Shown: positions 10,646-20,220 of the stretch, piece by piece
Numbering within the stretch: position 1 is the stretch's first letter
Layout of the letters: each line of letters begins with the position of its first letter
Source of the DNA: a virus
Taxonomy: Duplodnaviria; Caudoviricetes
DNA: 64,000 bases
Reading direction: 5' to 3' (one strand)
IMG/VR virus record: IMGVR_UViG_3300010885_031309
Program-made: the position numbers and the translations under genes
Notes under the pieces: generated by a model
What the model saw: only the letters and a program-made list of their open reading frames with translations
What the model was told of the DNA's origin: nothing
The model's database searches: none

Positions 10646-10691
10646 AATATGTCAGTATACACTGTTACAGTGTTAACAACAATAGTTATGG

Positions 10692-11486
10692 TTATCTTAC
10701 CAATAATTTAGTAATATCACCAAGTAGCACAGAACTTCCAATTGTCTGTGGCGTGCCAGTATTAACTATCTTCATTCTAATAAATGGATGGAAGCCCTCT
10801 ACATTGTAGTGTAGTGTTTCGCTACTGTCATCAAAATTGTAAGTATTAGTAATATTGTATGGATAAGAAAAGCTTGATAGTGTGCTGCCCTGAAAACAAA
10901 TGCTACCAGTAAATCTTTCAAGTTTCAACTGAAATGTGTAGAAATTCTGCTGTTTTGTATAGAATGAACTACTGTAGTAAGACACTGCATTTCCAATTGT
11001 TGATTTTGCATGTGCTGGTATTGTCAACTCATAAGATGGGACAAAAGTAGGTAATACACTGTTAACTATTCTAATAACTCCACGAGCACCACACTCTGCA
11101 TCAACAAACACTGGATAATCAAACTCATCTGCTGGAATTTCAATACTGTAATAGCATAGTTGACTATCAATATTGTCCAATTCTTCTGAGCTAACCCGTA
11201 ACCCTGCGATTCCAGTTAGCGGATATATATCCACTAGTGTTTTTTGTAGTAGTATTTTTTTACCATCTGAGTTGATCAGTCTAGCTGTGATTTCTTTATT
11301 AGAAATATTCACTGGTTTTTGCTCTTGGTTTATGAATTGAAACTCAATGAGATTGTCTACACCACGATTTAGTATTAGGTCTTTTGCATACACTTTGTTA
11401 TACCTTATCTTTCCTGATGAGGCCGCTTCCAATAAAACCACATAGCTTCTTTGATTGTATAAATAAACTTGAGTCTGAGCTGCCAC
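10692..11486 (-). CDS. Hypothetical late structural protein (beta-rich, possibly Ig/BppU-like)
   Basis: GTG start with AGAGG SD; late promoter at 11504-11510. Confidence 0.6.
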   Translation of the reverse strand: MAAQTQVYLYNQRSYVVLLEAASSGKIRYNKVYAKDLILNRGVDNLIEFQFINQEQKPVNISNKEITARLINSDGKKILLQKTLVDIYPLTGIAGLRVSSEELDNIDSQLCYYSIEIPADEFDYPVFVDAECGARGVIRIVNSVLPTFVPSYELTIPAHAKSTIGNAVSYYSSSFYTKQQNFYTFQLKLERFTGSICFQGSTLSSFSYPYNITNTYNFDDSSETLHYNVEGFHPFIRMKIVNTGTPQTIGSSVLLGDITKLLVR

Positions 11487-11508
11487 TTTTTTGTCCTCTT
11501 ACCTATTT

Positions 11509-11886
11509 ATGACCAATGATTTTTTTCAAAAATTGAGCGAGTCGCATCCGTTTATAACGGTGTGTAGTTATGCTGGACAAGAATATGTCGGTGTAATTCA
11601 AAATCGCGACGATTTTATAACTACTTTTTACAACTACGGTAGCATAATTGACCCAGAACTTAAACAATTATTTTTGACGCTTGGCGATCAATGGTGGTGG
11701 GAAAGTAATAGACTTATACCAATCAATATTTTCTTACGAGATGACTGGTCAATATTCAAACAATATTTGTTGACATTTAATAACAAGGGATTGGTTATTC
11801 TTCATGGACCAGCAACATGCATGAGTGATCTGGCACGAAAAAGAGTAAAAAGACGAAGCATTACATTAGTAAAACGAATGCACTGA
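11509..11886 (+). CDS. Hypothetical protein
   Basis: Lone plus-strand ORF; TATAAATA at 11458-11465; start refined to ATG 11509. Confidence 0.7.
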   Translation: MTNDFFQKLSESHPFITVCSYAGQEYVGVIQNRDDFITTFYNYGSIIDPELKQLFLTLGDQWWWESNRLIPINIFLRDDWSIFKQYLLTFNNKGLVILHGPATCMSDLARKRVKRRSITLVKRMH

Positions 11887-11889
11887 TAA

Positions 11890-12501
11890 TCATTGTGACA
11901 ACTGTCCTAAGTCATAGGATCCAGTTTTTCTATAACATTCATCTAATAAATTTAGATGAACTACTACTAAGTGTGCGTATGCCACACTGTGGCTACGCTT
12001 GAACACATACCCGTCAGTTTCCTTAGTCCAAACTGATTCTGATACTTCTTTCCACGACATGCCTATTAAGTGTTTTTTACCTGGTCTAATTATACTAAGA
12101 AACATGGCCATGCGAGATATACTATCAATCGGCTCAGGCATAGATAGCATAGTATCATAATGATTTGCTATATGAATGATCTTACTAAAATACTCGCGAT
12201 CCATTAATCGTGACCAGTCTGGTTCTTGCATTAATTTTTTAAGATGTTGTTCATCAGTTACATATTTGTATACCCAAACATTTAACAAGTCCAATTTAAT
12301 ATAACCACGATTTTCTGCACGAGTGTAGTCCAATGCTGACACTTGATGTATTGGATCATATGGAATATCGGTAGGATAAACCCCAGTGTTGTGCTTTCTA
12401 ACATCAGCATCCTTTCTAATAGACGCAGATGTTACATCTATTACTGAAAGTAATAGATTTCTATCAGCAACATCTAAATCAATATCACTACTAAATCTCA
12501 T
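11890..12501 (-). CDS. Minimal DNA polymerase III alpha (DnaE)-like protein
   Basis: SDIDLD, KHNTGVY, GYIKLDLL, LSIIRPG and YVFKRSHSVAYA match ordered DnaE motifs. Confidence 0.75.
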   Translation of the reverse strand: MRFSSDIDLDVADRNLLLSVIDVTSASIRKDADVRKHNTGVYPTDIPYDPIHQVSALDYTRAENRGYIKLDLLNVWVYKYVTDEQHLKKLMQEPDWSRLMDREYFSKIIHIANHYDTMLSMPEPIDSISRMAMFLSIIRPGKKHLIGMSWKEVSESVWTKETDGYVFKRSHSVAYAHLVVVHLNLLDECYRKTGSYDLGQLSQ

Positions 12502-13217
12502 GTTAGAGCCAGTTTAATCACATTTTTAATATCTTCAACTAATTGCGTGTCTCGCTTGAGCTTGATATTCCATCGTTCAGTGTCAATATATTCCCAAATA
12601 ACATTACGCTGATCTGTGTTTAACTCTGATAAAAATTCATTTCCAGATTGACTCAAATATAACATCCATGGGCTAATATGTCCAGTGCTAATCAGATGAC
12701 ACAGTTTGTTCTTGTTGTAGTACTTGAATACATCCTTTAGTTGAATTTGTTCCTGAATTGATATATCCAACATTGTTTTAACACTGCGTTTTACCGCATC
12801 ATATGCATCTTCTGTCTTAAGATAGTCAACCAAGTAGCGAGTGTACACGCGGTCGCTATTCCAGTTGTCAATTGATACATTATTATTAATCAAATATCTT
12901 ACATATTCAGCCACATTCACGGCTCTGATATCAACACAGTAATTGCCAAACTTAACAAATGCTGTGTAGTATGCATTAGAAATAAACGCTTTGTAGTCTT
13001 TTTTCTTTTTGCTTGGTTGTACTTTATTATAGAAAGTTAACCATGCATCATACGCTATTCTGTTTCCAGGCTTGTCTTTATCCTGCCAACGCAATTTTTG
13101 CTCACACAAATGCTTGAACAGTGTTGACTCGCGAACAAAAGTTCTAGCACAGTGTTCACAAGTATTCAACTCAGTGTTATTAACTTCCAGTGTCTTGCTC
13201 ATAATCTTTAATGTCAT
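12498..13217 (-). CDS. Hypothetical protein with N-terminal C2H2-like zinc finger
   Basis: CEHCARTFVRESTLFKHLC. Confidence 0.75.
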   Translation of the reverse strand: MTLKIMSKTLEVNNTELNTCEHCARTFVRESTLFKHLCEQKLRWQDKDKPGNRIAYDAWLTFYNKVQPSKKKKDYKAFISNAYYTAFVKFGNYCVDIRAVNVAEYVRYLINNNVSIDNWNSDRVYTRYLVDYLKTEDAYDAVKRSVKTMLDISIQEQIQLKDVFKYYNKNKLCHLISTGHISPWMLYLSQSGNEFLSELNTDQRNVIWEYIDTERWNIKLKRDTQLVEDIKNVIKLALT

Positions 13218-13773
13218 GTTTGCTTACGAAGTTAGACAACACTTCAATGTCATCTAGCTTTAGTTCAGTATACAAGCTGGCTAATTTTTGCTTGTGATTT
13301 AGCTTTTCAGACAGTACTGTGGAAATCTCATCAATATCAGCAGCACTGCTGTTCTTGTATATTTTTCCAAAATATTCCGTCAGTTCTTTCTTTTTTACAC
13401 TATCTTTCAATAGACTTATTCTAGGACTTAAGTGTGGAATCCACTGATGAAATTGTTTTCCAATTCCAGGACTTGCTGCACACAACATCAACCATTGAAG
13501 TTCCGGATGATTCTGAACATGTTCATTAAATAGATGCTTGTTTACAGTCAAGTTAGTACTAATAAGATAGTATGCTTCAAGTTCTTTCTTACCCTTGACT
13601 GCACTGATCCAATGAGTAATCATATACGGAACAAACTTTTTTCTTTGTTCCTCGGTAAGAGAACTGTAGTAGTCATAATTTTTACGATCTATGTTTTCAA
13701 TAGACTGAAACAAATCAAACTCTACGCGCTCAAATCGCTCTTCTGATGTCTTTTTACTTGTCATTAAACTCAA
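13180..13773 (-). CDS. Putative clamp-loader small subunit (gp62-like)
   Basis: FVPYMITHWIS...HPELQW...KQFHQWI resembles the gp62 pattern; lies in the replication cluster. Confidence 0.5.
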   Translation of the reverse strand: MSLMTSKKTSEERFERVEFDLFQSIENIDRKNYDYYSSLTEEQRKKFVPYMITHWISAVKGKKELEAYYLISTNLTVNKHLFNEHVQNHPELQWLMLCAASPGIGKQFHQWIPHLSPRISLLKDSVKKKELTEYFGKIYKNSSAADIDEISTVLSEKLNHKQKLASLYTELKLDDIEVLSNFVSKHDIKDYEQDTGS

Positions 13774-13921
13774 CTAATTTTATAACTGCTTCAGGAAAAG
13801 TATCAATCATTACATCCTTCATAATCTGCAATACTTCATCGCACCCTGTTTTACCATGTAGTGCTTCCCAGAACCGATCATAACCTTCAGTAAATGTAAT
13901 TTCAAATTTGTATGTTTTCAT
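13754..13921 (-). CDS. Small hypothetical protein
   Basis: MKTYKFEITF; fills the gap in the operon. Confidence 0.6.
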   Translation of the reverse strand: MKTYKFEITFTEGYDRFWEALHGKTGCDEVLQIMKDVMIDTFPEAVIKLVEFNDK

Positions 13922-13922
13922 G

Positions 13923-14423
13923 TTAAAAAGCCTGACTGTAATCCACAACTTCGCAATTCTTACTTACTTCTTTGACCATGTAAATACATCTTGGTTTTTC
14001 TTCAGCGTCTATTGGAACACATAGAAATTGCCCGTTTCTTAGTCTAGGTGCATACCATGTAACATCATGGTAGACATCCACTATTTCAATATCCAAGAAT
14101 GATGGACGAAAACCACTGAGTGGATTAAACTCAAATGACTTAAAACCACGATCATTGATACTGGTTAAAGGAACTATTTCCAAATCTCCAAAGTCTGGCT
14201 CGCCAATCAGTATCTGCCAATCCAGTGGCATTTTGATTGTTTGATTACCAACTCGTAATACCAGCGCCGGACTATTGAAGCTTTCCAAAAAAATAAGAGG
14301 AATGTAATGATAGTCAACTGACTGAGGATTTGAGTTATCCATGATGGCAAATCTTAGATCGTCTACCTCTTCAGGTAGATTTTCCAAATTGTATGCTGAA
14401 TTTTCCAGTGTTAATATTTTCAT
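13923..14423 (-). CDS. Hypothetical beta-rich protein, possibly Hint-fold-like
   Basis: 166 aa; segments resemble intein blocks B and F but the splicing termini are absent. Confidence 0.7.
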   Translation of the reverse strand: MKILTLENSAYNLENLPEEVDDLRFAIMDNSNPQSVDYHYIPLIFLESFNSPALVLRVGNQTIKMPLDWQILIGEPDFGDLEIVPLTSINDRGFKSFEFNPLSGFRPSFLDIEIVDVYHDVTWYAPRLRNGQFLCVPIDAEEKPRCIYMVKEVSKNCEVVDYSQAF

Positions 14424-14438
14424 ATGCTTAATATAACA

Positions 14439-17027
14439 TCAATACTCTAACTTTTCAAGAGTATACGGATAATTCTGCTCACGGTAAAACTCTTTACGCT
14501 TTGTTAAATGTCGTTTAGCAAATCTACATGTGCTAGTCACATCCCATATTTGAACGAAATCTTTATCTTCTGCTTTACGAATACCTCGTCCAATAGATTG
14601 AACAACTCTAACAAAGCTTTTTCCGGGCTCCAAAAGAACCAAATTGAATATTCTGGGTATGTTGATACCCACGGCAGCAACACCGTATGTCGCTACGATA
14701 ATCTTGTCATTACTGATCGCGACTTCATCATACTCTTCTTTGCGTTCTTTTAGCTTTGTCTTGCCGCGAATGAACACGCTATTTGGTAGTCTATTGACCA
14801 ACTCTTCTCCAGCAGCAACCCGATCAACCAGAATCAATGTATTTCCAGTTTCAACAATGTTGAGTACTAGCTTGGAAATAGTATCAAGGCGAGTTTTGTC
14901 TGACAACAAATGACTCAACTCACTCTGATAATCTCTGAACTCGGCGTGATCTTGCATTTGTACAATGTTGACATGACACTGAGATAGTACGCCAGCTTCC
15001 TGTAACTCACTTGCCTTTAGCTTATTGATTACTGGACCAATACAAGTAAACAATGCTTGGCTAGCAAACAAATCTTTTGGAATAGTGCCGGTAAGACCCC
15101 ACCGAATAGGAATGCTGGACATTATTCCACTTAATAGTGTCTTAAGTGCATCGGATTTTACGGAGTGTGCTTCGTCTACCATTACGCAAACTACTCCCTC
15201 TATGAACTCATAAATAGTAATGTCAGTCTCACCCTCTTTGGTATTCTTAAGTAAGTTGTTCAAGCTTTGCCAAGTACAAATAGTATGCTTGTGTCCGTGC
15301 TCTTTTCTGTCTCCAAAATAGACTCCAACATCTAGTCCTAGATTTCTGTAATCTGCCTCTGTCTGAGTTACCAGTGATTTGTTTGGAACAATAACTATGG
15401 TTCTTCCAACTGATTCGCAGCAGTAACTTAGTGCGGCAGTGATTATGGTGTTATGCGTGACAACGTAGTTATCAGTGACATAAAGATGTTCTGGATCATC
15501 TATGTATATACATCTAACTGGCTCTGTGGATATCTTGACAATATCAGTTATTTTCAACTTCAGCGAATCTTGATATTGATAATCAGAGGAAGCTTTATCG
15601 ATCTTTCGTTGAAGACTTGATAACTCTCTAGGACGAGGGAATCTAACACTAACAACAAAGCATTTCTTTCCGAGTCTTCTCTCTTCATTATACGTATAGT
15701 AGTTAGAAGTCTTCTCTTTTATTCTTGCTAGTCCACCAACACTCCAAATCATTTCTTGAAAGTCTTTGGCTAAAGATTCACTAGTGCTACAAAAAGTTAT
15801 GCAGCCATTTCGCCCAATATGACCGTCAGAGTCTATAAGTCCGCGAATAAGTTCCATTCTCTGATTCAGTGACCCCGAGAAAAACTCGCGAGGAATGAAC
15901 TTTTCGTGAGAAAGCTTATTGTTCAGCCCAAGATTGATAATTGTCTGAACATAATGGTGACTTGATGTTGATTGTTCATTCTTTATAAACCCACCATTAG
16001 AAGAACGACGCAAGGTCTTGAAATGTTCTCTGAGTGCATTCTTCTGAGTTATCATATTCGTGAAGACTATTGAGTATTCATATTCTGATAGACGCTTGAT
16101 CTTATAGCCAGGCATAAGCTTCGATTCAATCTTAGGTACTAGTTCCAAATCAGCCGTGGAAAAAGAAAGTCTACCGTGTCTAAATGAACCGTCTCCAAGC
16201 AAAAAACCAAGTAACCAGGGATCCATTGGCAACTCTCTGTCAATAGTATCTTGCTCCATCGTGATCAATGGTAATCCTATTGCTCGTTTAGTATTTTCTT
16301 TCAACTCAATGAGTTCTTTTGTTGTTATATGTCTCCAGGGACCTCCACGTTTAGAACCTGAACGCCAACCAATGTTATGAACTTTCCAAATATGATCTTC
16401 GCACGCTCTCGCAGTTCTTCCATCAGCAAACTTTAGTTCATAAACATCCTTTGTTCCTGGTTCATATATCTTCAAAATATTTGCAGATTTTCCGGATGGA
16501 GTTGTGACTCTATCACCAACATTCAGCGAGCCCATTTCTACCCATCCATTTGAAGTTAGAACTTTACTTGAATATGGCTGACACTTGCCCGCACCAGTAG
16601 CAACTTCTTGTATGCTTTGTGGGTTGACTAAGAAGTTGTTGATGATCTCAACTTGATAATCTCTGAGTACAATCGGCTGACCAGCAATTGGATGACCAGT
16701 GGGCCAAGTTTTGTGACTGAACGATTGATCAGTGATAGTGTTAAACTCAAAATGAGTACGATACTGTCTCGTATCTTCTAGTTCAATGTCATACCCAGAC
16801 TCTTCTAAAACAGGAATTATTTCGTCCAGCAGATTAATGTATGTGCTACCCCCTAACTGAAAGTATGAGATCTTTCCGTTCCATCTTCCTAGACGCACAC
16901 TGGGCAGATACTTTGCACCTGGAATTTCGTACTCAAATTTTTTGACCAATGCTCGTCTGGTGTCTAAGTCTAACCCTTCAAACTTTACATTTACTTCGTC
17001 TCGTATGATTAGTTTACAGTTTTTCAT
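14439..17027 (-). CDS. uvsW: UvsW-like SF2 helicase containing an intein
   Basis: LRDYQ, ATGAGK|T, VDEAH, GLTGT, ATYGVAAVGINIP and QSIGRGIR motifs. Confidence 0.92.
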   Translation of the reverse strand: MKNCKLIIRDEVNVKFEGLDLDTRRALVKKFEYEIPGAKYLPSVRLGRWNGKISYFQLGGSTYINLLDEIIPVLEESGYDIELEDTRQYRTHFEFNTITDQSFSHKTWPTGHPIAGQPIVLRDYQVEIINNFLVNPQSIQEVATGAGKCQPYSSKVLTSNGWVEMGSLNVGDRVTTPSGKSANILKIYEPGTKDVYELKFADGRTARACEDHIWKVHNIGWRSGSKRGGPWRHITTKELIELKENTKRAIGLPLITMEQDTIDRELPMDPWLLGFLLGDGSFRHGRLSFSTADLELVPKIESKLMPGYKIKRLSEYEYSIVFTNMITQKNALREHFKTLRRSSNGGFIKNEQSTSSHHYVQTIINLGLNNKLSHEKFIPREFFSGSLNQRMELIRGLIDSDGHIGRNGCITFCSTSESLAKDFQEMIWSVGGLARIKEKTSNYYTYNEERRLGKKCFVVSVRFPRPRELSSLQRKIDKASSDYQYQDSLKLKITDIVKISTEPVRCIYIDDPEHLYVTDNYVVTHNTIITAALSYCCESVGRTIVIVPNKSLVTQTEADYRNLGLDVGVYFGDRKEHGHKHTICTWQSLNNLLKNTKEGETDITIYEFIEGVVCVMVDEAHSVKSDALKTLLSGIMSSIPIRWGLTGTIPKDLFASQALFTCIGPVINKLKASELQEAGVLSQCHVNIVQMQDHAEFRDYQSELSHLLSDKTRLDTISKLVLNIVETGNTLILVDRVAAGEELVNRLPNSVFIRGKTKLKERKEEYDEVAISNDKIIVATYGVAAVGINIPRIFNLVLLEPGKSFVRVVQSIGRGIRKAEDKDFVQIWDVTSTCRFAKRHLTKRKEFYREQNYPYTLEKLEY
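15450..16583 (-). mobile_element. LAGLIDADG intein (378 aa) in the UvsW Walker A motif
   Basis: GAGK|CQPYSSKV...LGFLLGDG...RGLIDSDG...YVVTHN|T. Confidence 0.93.
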
Positions 17028-17034
17028 CAGTAGA

Positions 17035-17064
17035 ATTATACTTATCAACCGTGTAGTGTGTCAA
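17035..17064 (-). promoter_or_regulatory. sigma70 promoter TTGACA-18-TATAAT for uvsW
   Basis: The -10 box lies 7 nt from the ATG at 17027. Confidence 0.75.
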
Positions 17065-17078
17065 GTATTATTAGACCT

Positions 17079-17104
17079 AAAAAAAGGACCCCGAAGAGTC
17101 CTTT
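17079..17104 (-). terminator. Rho-independent terminator with C(UUCG)G loop
   Basis: GGACTC-TTCG-GGGTCC-TTTTTTT on the minus strand. Confidence 0.85.
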
Positions 17105-17123
17105 GTTGATTCTAGAACAGTGC

Positions 17124-18167
17124 TCAAGCCTTGATGCAAGTCTCACGAGCAAGCATTTTCCAGTCGTTGGAGTCAATGCGAAACAGATCGGCAATCTTGA
17201 GCGACATACGGAGACTAATTTCGCGCATCTTGGAACGGTTCTCCCACATGAAGTCCAGAATTTCCTCAGCTTCGTTACCCTGAAAATCGTAGCTAGAGAA
17301 CAGACCACCAACCGTATCTTTACTGGCATCCTCGTGAACCTGCTTGACGCGAAGCATCTTATCACGCTCAGTGTTGATGGTCAGATCCAGATAGTGACAA
17401 CGAGATTGAAGTGCTTCCAAATGAGCCGCGATCTTCTTAGAACGACGGTCGCTAAAATCCAAGTTGGTCACGAAGATACAAGAACCGTTGAACTCAAAGT
17501 CAGTGGGAATGCCTTCCTTACGCAGATAAGAACTGTCACTGTTCCACCAAATGCGACGACGCTTGCCACTGTCAAGTGCAGCCTTCAGAATGTTAAGTGC
17601 ATCCTGATCGTCCCACACATCGCAATCGTCAAAGACCAACACTGACTTGGAATCACTGTACTTATACAGCAGTGCATACAGACCGATAGCAGTGATCGCA
17701 CCCTTGACAATCTCAAAACGAGTGCGCTTGCCAGCCAGCTTATCAAACAAGCTTGCCTTTTCCAGTTGAGTTTCAATACCGAACGACTTGCCAACACCAG
17801 GAGGGCCAGTCACGATCATGGCACGGCACTCACCGTTGATCGTAGCCTTGGTCATGGTGTCCAGAATGCGAAAGCGACGACGAATCCGATCCATTGCCTG
17901 CTCGTCAGTCTCATTGGATTCAGCCGCGACCGCAGGAGAGAATGCTACCACTTGAGCGGGTGCGGCAGCGTTGACAACCATCTCTACATCAGACATACTG
18001 GCAATTTCAATATAAACCTGCTTGGAATCACCAGGCAGTTGACCGTCATTTTTGACTTGAATGCGACCAGTCATGGCATCCAGCGGACGAGCCAGCGTAA
18101 ACATCATATTCTCCACTGCAAAATTCATCTTACGATACACACCACGCTTAACAAGAATCTTAGCCAT
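17124..18167 (-). CDS. P-loop (AAA-like) ATPase, early gene
   Basis: GPPGVGKS, LVFDDCD, IFVTN and ALQSR motifs. Confidence 0.8.
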   Translation of the reverse strand: MAKILVKRGVYRKMNFAVENMMFTLARPLDAMTGRIQVKNDGQLPGDSKQVYIEIASMSDVEMVVNAAAPAQVVAFSPAVAAESNETDEQAMDRIRRRFRILDTMTKATINGECRAMIVTGPPGVGKSFGIETQLEKASLFDKLAGKRTRFEIVKGAITAIGLYALLYKYSDSKSVLVFDDCDVWDDQDALNILKAALDSGKRRRIWWNSDSSYLRKEGIPTDFEFNGSCIFVTNLDFSDRRSKKIAAHLEALQSRCHYLDLTINTERDKMLRVKQVHEDASKDTVGGLFSSYDFQGNEAEEILDFMWENRSKMREISLRMSLKIADLFRIDSNDWKMLARETCIKA

Positions 18168-18228
18168 TTGTGTTAACTCCAGTTGTTTACTGACTATGAA
18201 TACAGTATATCAAAGAACCGATTTATTG

Positions 18229-18468
18229 TCAAATCGCACGAAACTCACGCAAGCATTCCAGATCGTCTTCGGTCAGCGGGCTTTCGGTGAATTCCACATC
18301 CCAGCCTTCCATTTGAAGACGATCAATCTCGCTAAGAACACGAAGAGTAGCGGATTCAAACGAGGGTGCCACATCGCGACCAGGAATACGCCAGCCGTAG
18401 GGAGTCAGATTGCTTTCGCAGATGAAATCGCCGTTAGGCTTGGTGGCAGTGTAGGACAAATATTTCAT
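18229..18468 (-). CDS. Small early hypothetical protein
   Basis: Own promoter and AGGAG SD. Confidence 0.8.
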   Translation of the reverse strand: MKYLSYTATKPNGDFICESNLTPYGWRIPGRDVAPSFESATLRVLSEIDRLQMEGWDVEFTESPLTEDDLECLREFRAI

Positions 18469-18524
18469 TTCGTTCGCTCCTGTTTTCTAACTTGAATACA
18501 GTATAACAGAGTTCCGAATTACTG

Positions 18525-18968
18525 TCAAACTAGCCGTGACTTGATTTCCATGTAAAATTGATGATACTTTGCCATACGAGAAATATCTTTTTCTGACACA
18601 CCCTTAAGACGACGGATATCAGTGTTGTGTCTGAGATCAGACATCTTTACACGCATGGCATCCTCATTAGCAAAAACACCTTCCTTGTATTCTTCGTAGG
18701 TCTGACCAGGAACCTTTGTCAGAGCCTTGATGCCTGCAATAACCCGTTCACTGATACCAGCATCACGGAGATCCTTGTATGTTACTGAGGTGTCCTCCAC
18801 AACATCATGTCCGAGTGCCATGCACATCAACTCTTCATCCTCAGTCTTGAGGTAATGCATTACCTTTAGTGGGTGAAGAATATATGGATTGCCACCCTTG
18901 TCAAATTGACCAGCATGAGCATTGGTGACGATGACTAACATCTTACCAAGCATTTCACCCTTCTTCAT
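18525..18968 (-). CDS. HD-domain hydrolase, RelA/SpoT HD (Mesh1/SAH-like)
   Basis: AHAGQFDKGGNPYILHP, LGHDVVEDT and VKMSDLRHN; start refined to MKKGE after a GGGG SD. Confidence 0.85.
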   Translation of the reverse strand: MKKGEMLGKMLVIVTNAHAGQFDKGGNPYILHPLKVMHYLKTEDEELMCMALGHDVVEDTSVTYKDLRDAGISERVIAGIKALTKVPGQTYEEYKEGVFANEDAMRVKMSDLRHNTDIRRLKGVSEKDISRMAKYHQFYMEIKSRLV

Positions 18969-19026
18969 ATCTGACCCCTTCTTTACTGTATTTGTAGTAT
19001 ATAATAGGTCCGATTTATTGTCAAAT

Positions 19027-19779
19027 TCAGACAAAAATCTTAACACGATTAAGCTGAGTCTTACCATCAGCGTGATGCGCTTTGACAGTGCCCTGACCAG
19101 CAACTTTAGATCCGACCGCAGCCGAAGTTTTCTGACTGTAGAAGATTACTTGATCCTGATTCGTAATCAGAGTGGTAAAGTAGCAATTCCACTGCTGGCT
19201 GTAGACCTGACGAAGTACCTCGCCAGCAAAGCTAATCTTATCGTCAATCTGACCAATATGGCCACCGCGCGCATCACTTATACGATCATCCACGGACTGT
19301 TTTGCCGTTGCACGTTCATATCCAATTGGCAAGTAAGCCACTGTGCCAAGATCACGATCACTGATAGTATCGCCATTGGCCAGGGCCAGTGATTTAGTGT
19401 CAAATTCGTTCAGGACCTTGCCAGCAAGAATCTTAAACATCAAACCCTTGTAGTGAGTACGAATGTTAGATGCCAGAGCACGATCCTCTTCCGTGATCAT
19501 AGAAGAATCTCCAAGAGCGCGGACCATGAAATCACGGTTGCTGATCACGGGAAAAGTCTCACCCTGATCATTGACAGAAACAGTGCCTGCATTGATGTAC
19601 TGACCAGCACAAAGTCTGAATGCGGTCGCAGCAGCGGCAAAAACCGTGTCAGTGTCATACATCTTGGGTTGTGCGCGAACTGAGCGAGAGCGCCGAGCGG
19701 GCTGATCTGCTTCATCTTGCTGATTGAGACGCTTGACTTCCAGAGTAGACATATTGGATACATCAACGAAACCACTCAT
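19027..19779 (-). CDS. Early hypothetical protein, possible C-terminal OB-fold
   Basis: 250 aa; AGGAG SD. Confidence 0.75.
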   Translation of the reverse strand: MSGFVDVSNMSTLEVKRLNQQDEADQPARRSRSVRAQPKMYDTDTVFAAAATAFRLCAGQYINAGTVSVNDQGETFPVISNRDFMVRALGDSSMITEEDRALASNIRTHYKGLMFKILAGKVLNEFDTKSLALANGDTISDRDLGTVAYLPIGYERATAKQSVDDRISDARGGHIGQIDDKISFAGEVLRQVYSQQWNCYFTTLITNQDQVIFYSQKTSAAVGSKVAGQGTVKAHHADGKTQLNRVKIFV

Positions 19780-19809
19780 TTTTACTCTCCTTTAGATAGA
19801 CAAATATTA

Positions 19810-20220
19810 TCAATCGTGATAAATGACCATGTGATCAACGCCAGGCACAACACCAACTGGCCTATAAATTCGCTGCTCACCGTCCCAACCATCTTCATCA
19901 AACAGAACATCATGCTCACCGACAACAGTGAACCGAACTTCCTTGCCAGTGTGATGACTCACAACAAAGAACTCTCTGGGCATGCCGAAGTACTCAGATG
20001 TCAATTTGAGAACCCGACGGTTTTTGTCATACTCGCAATACTTGAGCGAGACGGTGGGAATCTTGGGCTGCTTGTCAGGAACATAACGACCTTGACCTGC
20101 GATCACATTACGAGCATAGGTACCAAACATTTCTGACTCCTCATTAAGACTGGGCAGTGGATAATGTTGCTGTTCCCACTCTGCTGAAACAGAACGAAAA
20201 TTACTCAACACGATCTGCAA
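19810..20220 (-). CDS. Early hypothetical protein
   Basis: Own promoter and AAGGAG SD; the true start may be GTG at 20211. Confidence 0.7.
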   Translation of the reverse strand: MQIVLSNFRSVSAEWEQQHYPLPSLNEESEMFGTYARNVIAGQGRYVPDKQPKIPTVSLKYCEYDKNRRVLKLTSEYFGMPREFFVVSHHTGKEVRFTVVGEHDVLFDEDGWDGEQRIYRPVGVVPGVDHMVIYHD

